Virus record (IMG/VR): IMGVR_UViG_3300035666_000068
Coordinates: 1-38,721 of that record
DNA length: 38,721 bases
Strand: one strand, 5' to 3'
DNA from: a virus
Taxonomy: Duplodnaviria > Caudoviricetes
Part shown: one piece after another, positions 14,903-24,307 of the stretch
How the letters are laid out: every line of letters begins with the position of its first letter
Numbering within the stretch: the first letter of the stretch is position 1
Program-made: the position numbers and the translations under genes
Notes under the pieces: generated by a model
Databases searched by the model: none
What the model saw: the letters and a program-made list of their open reading frames with translations, nothing else
Told to the model about the DNA's origin: nothing

Positions 14903-17458
14903 CTACCAGATTAAGTGGAGACCGAAAGTCTCGGAGTCGTTATCGATCATCCCATAAGTGTCGGTGATGTACCCTTGCACAGCGCGTTGTGAGTCATTGG
15001 AGTTTAAGAAATCTTCAGCCGTGTTTTCGGTAATCACTGAGCAACGAGAGAAGGCTTGGGCTAGGTCTTCTAGTTCTAGAGAGGTCTCGAAAGCGCTTCT
15101 AGATGCCCTCTGTACAGCCCCGACCTTACGGCTAGAGCTCGACCCTATCCGCTCGTATATCTTCTCATGGGAGAGAACCACAGCCTCGTTGACCTCGGTC
15201 TCAATGGCCTTTAGCTTCGTCTCTACCGTCATGATTGTGGACGCGTACTCTAGAAGGAACGCCCACCGTTCCGCCGCTGTATCGGCGTCCTGCTCAAACG
15301 CTAGAAACGTGTCGATGATGAACTCATTCTGAGTCTTCGTTAGGTACTGACCCACGTTTGAAGTGTGGGTCACCTCGTTGAATAGCTCCTCTTTAGAAAC
15401 GATGTCGTACTCTTTAAACTTGTAGCGGACCTTTGCGGTCTTGATGATCTTAGAAGAATCGGCCTTGATCGAGAATGAGAGAACGTCCCTCTCCGAGAGG
15501 TTGAGAGACGCGGTGCTGCGCTTAGGGCGTAGGACGTTATAGGCTAACTCAAAGTCATTATTTTGGATGAGTGACCCGAACACCGACTTATTAATCTCTG
15601 AGATCACGTCACGGATCTTAGGAGGCTTAGTGTCCGAAGCCTTCTTAGGAATTAGAACCCCCAAAGGTGCAGGATTTAAAATGGCCGAGTCATCGAAGGA
15701 TGCGGAGTTAATCGACGAGGAGAGCCCCCCCTCAATAAGTAGGTCTTCCACGATCTGTGCGCCGGTCTTGAGTAGTACCCCACCCGTAGTCCCAGTGGAT
15801 GACTTACCCATTGCGTCTAGAGAGAGCACGTCCACGTCGGAGTTAAACACCGAAAGTCTACGCCCCAGACCCGTCCCAGTTTGTGAGTAGCTCGAGTTAG
15901 TCCTAAGGGTCATCTGCGTATCGGAATCAACGGACAGGATCTCAAAGAAGTCGGCCTGTGGTGACACCCGTACCCAGTCGTTCACCTTAAACTCTGCGAG
16001 GAATAGTGTTCCCGACCCCGACACAACACGGCTAGAAGAGGTGAGAGTGATCGTCCCGGTAGGAGTGAACTCAGGCGCGACGTTAAACTCTGCGAGATGG
16101 TCTAAAGTCAGGACCGCAGTAGAAGCGTCGTAGTCGTAGTCACGGTCGATCACGAGTTTGTTCGTGTTGATGTACACGTTACTAACCGAAGGACGGACAA
16201 CCGTGGTTCCGTTAGCAGGGAGAGAGGCGAGGTTCGTGGTAGTGCGAATCCCGTTCCCGTTGATCTGGTCCACAATGAATGACTCACCGTCGATCAGGAT
16301 GTTATCCCCTGGGAGGATGTCCGAAGAGTCTACGACCGTGAAATAGTCGAGAGTGAACCCCTCATCAATCGTAGTCGAGGGCTCTCTAGTGGCGTGCCCC
16401 GCAATTAACCACTCCCTATTGACCCACCTAGAGGAGTAGTCCGACTCGAAAGAGAGCGTGAGTCCTGAAACGGTTAGACCCGTGTAGTTCTGTGTGAGGG
16501 TGATCTGGGTATTAGAGTCCACGGTCTTGATCGTGAAGTCGTCCTCCACACCGTTAAACGTGACCTTATCCCCGATCGAAAGGTACTTAAGAAACTCCGT
16601 GCTAGTGCCTGTCACTGTAGGTGAGGCGGACGTTAAAGCCACGGTCCCAGGGATAGGGTAACCATCTAGGAACTGGTCGATGTTTAATGGGCGATACCCG
16701 AAGTTATATCCGTAAACAATCCGCTGTTTTCTCTTAAGTTCGGAGTCCGTGATCCGAGCCCCAACGTAATCGGCCATATCCACGAGAGGTACTGGGGCGC
16801 GTAACTCGTTGATCAGGTCCTTACACGTGAAAGATACGTTAGTGGGAGTCCACGCCTTCCCCACCACCCGCCCACGGAAGAGGAGTTTAGCTTGTGTGAT
16901 TTCAAGCGATCTATTCCAAGAGTACACGAAAACACGTTGGTTCTCCCAAGTGAGTTTATCGAAGCGAGATTTCCAATACTCTTGGTCATTGAAGAACCGG
17001 ATAGACCCCGAGCCTTCAATCGCCACACCGATTTGATTCTGGTTGTCTAGCTCTAGAGTGAAGTCAGACGTATCAGAGAGCATCGGCAGCCAGTACACGT
17101 CATGGCCTGTGCTTAGGTCGAAAGAAGCCTTGACCCCGTTATTCGAGTAGAAGTTCTTCTCAGTCAGAGTGATAAAACGAGCGTTAGGATTCCCGCTACC
17201 AGAAGCACGAAGATACAGAATAGAAGCAGATTCGTCATAGTAGTACTGACCTGCGGAGAGTGAAGCACTGGAGCCCGCGACAAGAGTCGTCCCGTTATCT
17301 TCCACTGACACGATCTTTGGGCTAGAGAATTCAGTGAGTTTATACACCGACCCGGAGTGTAGAACCCACCCCATGAGCCTTCGCCCGCTCTCGATTACGA
17401 CAAGAGCGATCTTCTCGGAGGATTCTTTCTCCTTATATTCTGAGAAGGTAGTGACCAC
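14903..17458 (-). CDS. Tail tip hub / central fibre protein
   Basis: 851 aa in the tail-tip position; LFRGRV and PIVYG-like (RIVYG) motifs; two internal GT..LTS.S..V.G..T.F repeats. Confidence 0.7.
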   Translation of the reverse strand: MVTTFSEYKEKESSEKIALVVIESGRRLMGWVLHSGSVYKLTEFSSPKIVSVEDNGTTLVAGSSASLSAGQYYYDESASILYLRASGSGNPNARFITLTEKNFYSNNGVKASFDLSTGHDVYWLPMLSDTSDFTLELDNQNQIGVAIEGSGSIRFFNDQEYWKSRFDKLTWENQRVFVYSWNRSLEITQAKLLFRGRVVGKAWTPTNVSFTCKDLINELRAPVPLVDMADYVGARITDSELKRKQRIVYGYNFGYRPLNIDQFLDGYPIPGTVALTSASPTVTGTSTEFLKYLSIGDKVTFNGVEDDFTIKTVDSNTQITLTQNYTGLTVSGLTLSFESDYSSRWVNREWLIAGHATREPSTTIDEGFTLDYFTVVDSSDILPGDNILIDGESFIVDQINGNGIRTTTNLASLPANGTTVVRPSVSNVYINTNKLVIDRDYDYDASTAVLTLDHLAEFNVAPEFTPTGTITLTSSSRVVSGSGTLFLAEFKVNDWVRVSPQADFFEILSVDSDTQMTLRTNSSYSQTGTGLGRRLSVFNSDVDVLSLDAMGKSSTGTTGGVLLKTGAQIVEDLLIEGGLSSSINSASFDDSAILNPAPLGVLIPKKASDTKPPKIRDVISEINKSVFGSLIQNNDFELAYNVLRPKRSTASLNLSERDVLSFSIKADSSKIIKTAKVRYKFKEYDIVSKEELFNEVTHTSNVGQYLTKTQNEFIIDTFLAFEQDADTAAERWAFLLEYASTIMTVETKLKAIETEVNEAVVLSHEKIYERIGSSSSRKVGAVQRASRSAFETSLELEDLAQAFSRCSVITENTAEDFLNSNDSQRAVQGYITDTYGMIDNDSETFGLHLIW

Positions 17459-19422
17459 TAATTACCTACGCGAGTAATATTCACAATTTCTAGTGCGTCG
17501 TTTGCTACGTTCACGTTTGCAAACACTCTGATAACGTCCCCAGCGTTGAAGTATTTAGTCTTGGATATATTTCCAAAATCACCGGATGATCCAGCAATCG
17601 TTTTGTACCCAAGATTTCCGTTGGCCACCGTTAGGGCGTCTGGCGTCGTGGTGAGAGACGACGCGTTAACGCTGATACCTATGTTGGCTGCTGAGGCCGC
17701 TCGCTTTGCAGACCAATCAATGGTGTACACACCTGCGGTGTTAATGGTGAAGCTCATGCCCGAGTTCGAGCTGTCGGCGTAGGCAATACAGTTACCAACG
17801 ACTGAGCTGTTCGTGTACCTACGAATCGCAGTACCCGTTGCTCCGTACCCGTTGCCTGTATCAAGACGTACAGAGCAGTTCGGGGAGACAAGAACTGGAG
17901 CGGGGAAGGATTGGTCGAGAGCGATGATCGTCCATCGAATAAAACTGTTTCCAGCCGATGTCGATCCGGTAATTCGCACGTCACCCGACTCTGTAGCTCC
18001 CCTGATTTTAACTGTCACCGCCGACGCTGAACTAGCAGTAACAACACCTTGTAGGGTTAGAGCTACGTATTCATTTCCTGGGGAAGAAAACTGTGTGTAG
18101 TTTAGCCCAGTAGTGCCATCATACAGTTCGTATGTCGCCGTGTTTCCAGCCACCGTTTTAAGTCCTGAAAAATTAGCTAAGATGAGAAAGCGACCAGCGC
18201 GCGTCGGCGTAAAGGTGATACCTGGTAATTTATCTGATCCGCTCAACGCAGATGTGACGGTTCCAAAGTTTCTGTTTGTCAGCTCAGCGAAGTCGCAAGT
18301 AGAATCAGCAGGGAAGTCTCCAAGGCTGGTAGAAGTTCTGGAAAATGTGCAGTTATTGCTATGATACCCGCTCCAAGACGCCGGAAGCGTGTCCACTCGT
18401 GCGGCGGTTTCGGAAGATGTAGGAAAGCGGTAAATTGAAATCTCAAAATCTCGCGTGTCTCCTCGAATGGATAATGCGTTAGTTCCGTTGCGGATAGCCT
18501 GAAGCTGAACGGTGATGTCAGACTGAGCGTTTGCGTAGCTCACAAATCCATAAAGAGAAGTCTGACCTGCGTCGCTTGCGGCAATTGCTCCCTGAGGAGA
18601 AAACCCGTTTGTTCCGTCAAAGAACCTTAGAGCGTATTCTTCCGAAGCAGCGTTTTGTTTTTGGAAGAAGTTAGTAACGTAAAAAGCGTAGTTCCCAGGA
18701 GGTAGGTTTTGAAGTCTTACCCCCGGAACTTTTGTCGTAGGAGCAGAAACGCCCCCGGTCACCGTAGGAGTGGGGCAATCCGTATCCGCAGGGAAGCTCG
18801 TGAAAGCCGCTGCGGAGGATACAGCCCACTGACAGTTGGCTGTAGTCGCATACTTTAGAGTCCCGTAAAGAGTCGCCTGCGAAACCTGAAACAGGTTAAA
18901 CCCATCGGCGCGGCCTAGGTAGCAGTCGTCCGCGTAGACGATCGGCTCGTTAGACGCCACCGAGATCAACCGAAGGGACACGGTGCCAGAGACAGGAGCA
19001 GCACCCGTGACGTAAGTCGGAGTGAATCCAGCGGTGTTGTTTGAGATCGTGGCCTCTGAAAGTACGTTCGTGCCGTCGAAGAGCTGGACCTTCCCGGTGT
19101 ATGCTCCCGCAACTTTAAAGTAACAGCCGCCCGTGATGTTCGCAGAAGAGAGACCACCTGCCGAGGTAACCGTCACGCTGTTAGAGGTCAGAGTCTGAGA
19201 AGCGGACGAGGAGTCCCAAGAGCCTGCGGAGTTTCCTAGGTACTTATTCGCGGCTGTAGAAGTGGTGACAAATGTCCCACCGGAAGCCGTCCATCCTGCT
19301 TTCCCTGCCTCGAAACCCGGGTTCGATAAAAGGTTCCTAGGGGCTGAGATGCTCTTATCCATTTCGGATATGGCACCGTGTGCTTGGGTCAGGAATAAAA
19401 GGGCAGTGAGAAGTTTAATCAT
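17458..19422 (-). CDS. Fibre/adhesin-like protein with Sec-type signal peptide and CBM-like N-domain
   Basis: MIKLLTALLFLTQAHGA; NLLSNPGFEAG; two internal repeats; C-terminal FTINTAGVY beta-sandwich; 8 Cys. Confidence 0.7.
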   Translation of the reverse strand: MIKLLTALLFLTQAHGAISEMDKSISAPRNLLSNPGFEAGKAGWTASGGTFVTTSTAANKYLGNSAGSWDSSSASQTLTSNSVTVTSAGGLSSANITGGCYFKVAGAYTGKVQLFDGTNVLSEATISNNTAGFTPTYVTGAAPVSGTVSLRLISVASNEPIVYADDCYLGRADGFNLFQVSQATLYGTLKYATTANCQWAVSSAAAFTSFPADTDCPTPTVTGGVSAPTTKVPGVRLQNLPPGNYAFYVTNFFQKQNAASEEYALRFFDGTNGFSPQGAIAASDAGQTSLYGFVSYANAQSDITVQLQAIRNGTNALSIRGDTRDFEISIYRFPTSSETAARVDTLPASWSGYHSNNCTFSRTSTSLGDFPADSTCDFAELTNRNFGTVTSALSGSDKLPGITFTPTRAGRFLILANFSGLKTVAGNTATYELYDGTTGLNYTQFSSPGNEYVALTLQGVVTASSASAVTVKIRGATESGDVRITGSTSAGNSFIRWTIIALDQSFPAPVLVSPNCSVRLDTGNGYGATGTAIRRYTNSSVVGNCIAYADSSNSGMSFTINTAGVYTIDWSAKRAASAANIGISVNASSLTTTPDALTVANGNLGYKTIAGSSGDFGNISKTKYFNAGDVIRVFANVNVANDALEIVNITRVGN

Positions 19423-19430
19423 AGATCACC

Positions 19431-20132
19431 TTATACGACGAAGATGGGTTCCGCTCCGTACACAGGAACGTAAATATCACCCGTAGCTGTGTCCGTTCCG
19501 CGAGTAATTCTAACCATGATCTGATCTCCTGCGGAAACCGATACGGAGTTAATTTGAGCCGTGGCCGAAGTGAGATCAAGCGTCACGGTCTGGTTCTTAT
19601 TCTGCGTTGCGCCGGAAAGTGTCACGGCGGAGTTAGTCGACGTGCGTTGATTCGTCGTGGTTGTTACCAGGTCCGAGTCACGGATGAGAGTTGCGACCGA
19701 CTGGAGTAGGACGTTCCCGCTCGTATCGGCAGAGTTGAATTTAATCTTTAGCGTGATCTGGTCACCGGCTTGATAAGTACTCGGCACAGTAGCCACAGAG
19801 TAAAGACTTTGACCTAAGCCCGCACCGAAGACGTAGTGCAGGACGTTGTTAATGATCGTTGTCGTAGGAGGGTCGACAGCCTCGAGCCAAGTCAGGGACG
19901 CCCCTCCGCCCCCTCCACCGGACACAGGAGCGACGACCACCCACGCGCCATTGATATACGCCCGGATCGTGTCGGCTGTGGTGTTGTAGTAAATATCCCC
20001 GTCGGCTGCGGTGCCTTCGGCGGAAACAAAAGCAGCGTCCGAAGCGTAGGTTTTTAATCCGTTCGCTTGTACCCCACCGACTGTAGGCTCTGTGGCCGAG
20101 GTAAACCCATCACTGAAATCTAGAATTCTCAT
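19431..20132 (-). CDS. Tail fibre/baseplate protein
   Basis: GDIYYNTT...RAY.NGAW fibre-type motif, poly-Gly hinge, beta-sandwich. Confidence 0.65.
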   Translation of the reverse strand: MRILDFSDGFTSATEPTVGGVQANGLKTYASDAAFVSAEGTAADGDIYYNTTADTIRAYINGAWVVVAPVSGGGGGGASLTWLEAVDPPTTTIINNVLHYVFGAGLGQSLYSVATVPSTYQAGDQITLKIKFNSADTSGNVLLQSVATLIRDSDLVTTTTNQRTSTNSAVTLSGATQNKNQTVTLDLTSATAQINSVSVSAGDQIMVRITRGTDTATGDIYVPVYGAEPIFVV

Positions 20133-20557
20133 CTCACCCTCGTGGATTTAGCCCAGACTTCCAAGTCTAGGGGTGCTGCCAGAGCAGAGCTCGGCGTGTA
20201 TTCGGTGTCGTACTTTCGGAGGTCGAAGTCATTGCACCACCCGATATAGGCCGACTCATTGAAGCTATAACCCGAACTGTTTAAATAAACCCTATACTGT
20301 TCATTTTTCTTAAGACTGCACTGGATTAGGAACCGCACATATCCGTGATAAAAGGTCTTCGACGGGATAGCGGAGATCAAAACGGTGTCCGAGACGGCAA
20401 TGGATCTGCCGTTTAGGTCCGCGACCCTCACGCTAAGCGAGCCCTCCGGGGAATTGTGGCGGTACAAATGAATGCGAATCGCCTCGACGAGAGTGTTGGC
20501 CTTAGGTCTCACGACCTGGAAAAGCTCACTTTCGAGTTCGGCGACGCAGAGTTTCAA
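20129..20557 (-). CDS. Tail tip protein
   Basis: 4-nt overlaps with both neighbours in the tail module. Confidence 0.6.
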   Translation of the reverse strand: MKLCVAELESELFQVVRPKANTLVEAIRIHLYRHNSPEGSLSVRVADLNGRSIAVSDTVLISAIPSKTFYHGYVRFLIQCSLKKNEQYRVYLNSSGYSFNESAYIGWCNDFDLRKYDTEYTPSSALAAPLDLEVWAKSTRVR

Positions 20558-21678
20558 GGGATCTCCCTCACCTGGAGCCCCGAGTTAAAGTAGTTATACA
20601 CCTGGTGGGAGTACGAGTTCGATCCTGAGAGCTTCCCATAGATCGCCATGCGGTCTTTATCGAAAAGAGCTTCGGCGGAGTCGAGCACCACACAGATAGG
20701 GGTGACGTTACCCACTCGGTTGTAAACCTCTTGGAGGGTCTTTACGTCCACGTAGGGGAGGGCGGTGTAGTCAAACGACCCCGAGAGCATGATCGGATAA
20801 ATATCCGTGTACTCGTGGCCGTAGGGTGTTTCCTGAACCTTTGACCTATCTTCGTACGAGATAGAGAACCCGTTATCAGGAGCCCGAGATAATTGCGTGG
20901 CCTTCCCAAGGATGACCTTAGAGAGTTCCACGTACAGGTTCGGGTTTGCGGGATCAACGACGTTGACCCTCCAGTAACGGTGTGACTGTGCAGTAGTCCA
21001 GAAATAGGAATACACCTCGGGAGTCTCGTCAAACGTAAGGGTCACGTCGACGGAAGGAGAGCCCCAAGAGTCCGTAGCGTTGGCTTGGATCTTTACTACT
21101 GCCGCCGTGGTGAGCTTAGCCCCGTCGATCTTATCGAATACGAGAACACAAGAATCAATTTCGGTATCGGTCTGGAGATCAAACGTCACCCACTCCTCGG
21201 TGTGAAGAGCGATCGAGGGACCCGTGTAAGTCGTGGCTCCCGTGAAGTCAGACGACCCAAACCCTAAGACGCTACGAGCGGAGGTCGCGGCATTCGTCCC
21301 TGTAGAGAACAGTATCGATAAGAACGCGCCAGAGGTGGCGATGGTCCACTTCCCTGTAGCGGCAGACCTAGAGACGGTGATGGTATCTGCACCGTTCACG
21401 GCTTCCATCTGAGTCTTAATCTCAGCGGCCAAAGTAGCGGCGGTGTAGGTAGCCGCCGTGAGAGTAGCGGTGAGTTCTGGACCCCCTCCACTCTCTTTGA
21501 AGTTGATTCTATTATTCGAGCTCGTGATGACGTAGTTCCCAGATGAACGCCACACAGCAGAGCGTTGTTCTTTCTTCACGTTCGCTACAGGAAATGAAGA
21601 GTCAGACGAGGAAGCGGTAACGTCCGTCTCGTCTCTTTGAGTCATGATGTCGTCGATGATTCTAAACTCTACGCTCAC
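20554..21678 (-). CDS. Distal tail (Dit-like) protein with inserted domain
   Basis: First gene after tape measure; discoidin-like RYWRV motif; insertion homologous to one in the tail tube. Confidence 0.7.
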   Translation of the reverse strand: MSVEFRIIDDIMTQRDETDVTASSSDSSFPVANVKKEQRSAVWRSSGNYVITSSNNRINFKESGGGPELTATLTAATYTAATLAAEIKTQMEAVNGADTITVSRSAATGKWTIATSGAFLSILFSTGTNAATSARSVLGFGSSDFTGATTYTGPSIALHTEEWVTFDLQTDTEIDSCVLVFDKIDGAKLTTAAVVKIQANATDSWGSPSVDVTLTFDETPEVYSYFWTTAQSHRYWRVNVVDPANPNLYVELSKVILGKATQLSRAPDNGFSISYEDRSKVQETPYGHEYTDIYPIMLSGSFDYTALPYVDVKTLQEVYNRVGNVTPICVVLDSAEALFDKDRMAIYGKLSGSNSYSHQVYNYFNSGLQVREIP

Positions 21679-23750
21679 GCGAACGACCTCCCGGAGTTAA
21701 CGCCATCTCGCAGGACGTTGAATACTTCCTTCTCGCCGATGTTAACGGTGATTTGATTCTCGAGGTTATCAAGACGGTTAACGATCATCATGAGAATCTC
21801 GTTTGACCCACCGCCACCGTTCGACATGAACTGCTTAAGGTCCTTGTTCTGCTCTACTGAGAGGACCCGCTCGCCAGAGGAAAGGTTCGCTGGGAACGTG
21901 TCATTTCTAAACCCTGGAGGGACTTCGGTAATCCCAGTGGCGAGGTTAGTGGCTGCGATGTTTGAGATGTTTACAGCGGCAGCGGCGGCAGCGGCAGCAG
22001 CGAAGATAGCTCCAAGGATAGGACCACCTATCCCAGCCCCGACTTTGTACGCGCCCTGTGCTGCGGCGTATCCGTCAATCGTAGCCTGTGCAATAGCAGC
22101 GGCCTTACCGATAGCAAATAGCTCGGCAGACTGGGTCTTCTGAAGTGCTGAGAGGTTCCCGAAGAACTGGGAGAACCCCTTGAGACGAGCTTGAGATAGC
22201 TGCTCTTCCTGTGCGTTACGCTTCTTTAGGAGCTCGAGCTGCTGCCTTGAGCCCTCTTGCTCTTGGGCAATGATCGCGTCAACCTTAGCTTGGTTGTCTG
22301 CAATCTTCTGAGCGTTAGCGAATGCGTCCGTCTCGGCTAGGAGTGCGTTCTCTGCGAGGAGTGCCTCGGCTTCCTTTTGTCTAAAAGTCTGCTGAGCTAC
22401 GGCCAACGCATCGAGGAAGGTCTGCTCTGTGATGAGATCCTGAGCCCTAGCTTCTGCGAGAGCGACCGACTGCTGAGCTAGTTTCTCGGCTGGGTTCTCA
22501 CCCAAGAGAGACTTCGCAAGGTCTTGACCCTGCTGGCCCAGCTTTTTCTGTTCTTCGGAGAGTTCTGTGAGAGCTGGGAGAACTCTACCTTGGATTTGAT
22601 CTGCGGCAGTTTTAGCCTCTTGCCCGATTCCCTTCTCTACTGCGGATCCTACTTCTGCGATAACGCCAGCGAACTTTTGAAGAGTCGTCTCTTTAGTGAA
22701 CGCCTCGTCGATGTTCTTTGAGGTTTCCTTGATCCCGTCGTCGAAGGAGTCGAGCACATTCGCCACAACATCCGAAACATTACGGAGAGGCTCTAGAGTT
22801 GTGAGGATCGCACGAATAGAGACTTGAATCCCAAGCCTAATGATATCGAATGCTTGCTGTACTGATCGGGCCAGAACATCAAGACCCACAACCGTGGCAC
22901 CGATAGCATCGACTACAAACTTTAGTCCCTGTCCTAGAGCTTCTGAAATCTGAGGACCGTTGCCTTTAATAAACTCGATGACTCTAGCAAGGATGGTCTG
23001 TACCGCGTTGATCGCGTTCACGAAGGCTTGGTTCTTTACGATCGTGTTACCGAGTTCCTCTTGGAGATTCCCGAACGTATTAGCTAGACGGGTTTGAGCT
23101 CCAGCGAACGTCTGAGACTTTGCTTCCGCAGCACCTTGGAATCTCTCGAGTGCTTTAAGAGTGTTAGCGAAAGTCTCGGCGTCGGTGTTGCCCTTCTTAA
23201 TCTCAACGCCTAATCTTCCAAATGCTGCGACGTTTCCGTTGGCTGCCTTACCAACGAGAGTGGCGGCCTGTTCTAAATCAATTCCAAGAGCTGCTGCGAG
23301 GTCAGCTGCCGAGCGTGTTGCATTTTGCAACCCTTCCCCAGAGAGGCGGGTCAGTGTCCCAATGAGTGCGCCCGACTTAATGATCGCCTCATCTTCAAAC
23401 GCAGTGGTAACGGAGAGCTGGTCTGCGAACGCGCTGAACTGAGCGGTGGCTTGCTTTACGTTCTCTTCGGTGTCGGAGATCGCAAACGCGAACGCGGCCT
23501 GTGCTTCTTCCGCTTCCTTCGCGGCATCAATCCCAGCCGTGAACTGACCGACTACAGAGCTGAGCGCCTGGCCTAAGAGCTCGAGCCCTTTAACGGCCAC
23601 AGCCGCGCCGAACGCTCCCTTGAAGACGTCCAAGGAGCCGATCTTCTTAAAGGCTCCTTCTAAACCTTTGACCTCCGCCTGGACCTGCTTCAGTGGTCCG
23701 GTAGGATCTTTTCCGTAATTGATTCTAAGGTTTAGATTTATGTCGGCCAT
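21675..23750 (-). CDS. Tape measure protein
   Basis: 691 aa Ala-rich helical protein; C-terminal ATG...DTFPANLSSGERVL motif; follows chaperone pair. Confidence 0.9.
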   Translation of the reverse strand: MADINLNLRINYGKDPTGPLKQVQAEVKGLEGAFKKIGSLDVFKGAFGAAVAVKGLELLGQALSSVVGQFTAGIDAAKEAEEAQAAFAFAISDTEENVKQATAQFSAFADQLSVTTAFEDEAIIKSGALIGTLTRLSGEGLQNATRSAADLAAALGIDLEQAATLVGKAANGNVAAFGRLGVEIKKGNTDAETFANTLKALERFQGAAEAKSQTFAGAQTRLANTFGNLQEELGNTIVKNQAFVNAINAVQTILARVIEFIKGNGPQISEALGQGLKFVVDAIGATVVGLDVLARSVQQAFDIIRLGIQVSIRAILTTLEPLRNVSDVVANVLDSFDDGIKETSKNIDEAFTKETTLQKFAGVIAEVGSAVEKGIGQEAKTAADQIQGRVLPALTELSEEQKKLGQQGQDLAKSLLGENPAEKLAQQSVALAEARAQDLITEQTFLDALAVAQQTFRQKEAEALLAENALLAETDAFANAQKIADNQAKVDAIIAQEQEGSRQQLELLKKRNAQEEQLSQARLKGFSQFFGNLSALQKTQSAELFAIGKAAAIAQATIDGYAAAQGAYKVGAGIGGPILGAIFAAAAAAAAAVNISNIAATNLATGITEVPPGFRNDTFPANLSSGERVLSVEQNKDLKQFMSNGGGGSNEILMMIVNRLDNLENQITVNIGEKEVFNVLRDGVNSGRSFA

Positions 23751-23985
23751 TCCGTTGGCTTCGCCTTACCTTGTCATTCTCTAGCCGTTTGATCTCGCTC
23801 TCGATTAGTATAAACGCCTCACTGCTCAAGTCATCCAGACTCTCACCCTGAAACGTGAACCCTAAATCTTTAAGGCTCTTATGAGCCATGTACGCCTCGA
23901 GGTATGGATAGGTTTCATTCATCCCATCCGTCCCGAGATACGCCCACTTAACCTGCTGCTTTAGGGCGTCCCTTGAGACTTTCCC
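23725..23985 (-). CDS. Tail assembly chaperone, -1 frameshifted C-terminal part (gpT-like)
   Basis: Frame is open from the slippery site to stop 23725 and is -1 relative to 23961-24302. Confidence 0.8.
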   Translation of the reverse strand, partial: GKVSRDALKQQVKWAYLGTDGMNETYPYLEAYMAHKSLKDLGFTFQGESLDDLSSEAFILIESEIKRLENDKVRRSQRNGRHKSKP

Positions 23986-24302
23986 AGCGTCTCCCCCTTA
24001 AGGAATTCCGCCGAGAGATTACTGATTAGCACCGACCCCTCGTTGTAGAATCCAAGCTCTGAGAGATCCTTAAACACCTGACCCGTGGCCTTGTGTGTAA
24101 TCTCACAACCCGTCACGTTCTCCAGCATCACCTCGACTTGACGCGCCATAGCCTCGAAGCTATCGGAGCTATTAGCGTCGGACATGATCACCCGAATCTT
24201 CGCCAAGAGCCGAAGCCTCTCGGGATACGAGAGGAGTTTGGTTTCTACGAATCCAGAAAAGTGCTCGTCTTCAATTGTGTATTTTTTGGTCTTCATGACC
24301 AA
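23961..24302 (-). CDS. Tail assembly chaperone (gpG-like)
   Basis: Between tail tube and tape measure; G-GGA-AAG five codons before stop. Confidence 0.85.
   Translation of the reverse strand: MVMKTKKYTIEDEHFSGFVETKLLSYPERLRLLAKIRVIMSDANSSDSFEAMARQVEVMLENVTGCEITHKATGQVFKDLSELGFYNEGSVLISNLSAEFLKGETLGKSQGTP
23979..23985 (-). other. Programmed -1 ribosomal frameshift site GGGAAAG
   Basis: Same heptamer as lambda G/T, in the correct phase (G GGA AAG). Confidence 0.85.
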
Positions 24303-24307
24303 AGACG

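Noticed and set aside
21975-22001. GCN trinucleotide-like repeat
   Set aside because: Encodes a poly-Ala stretch of the tape measure with mixed codons; not a contingency locus
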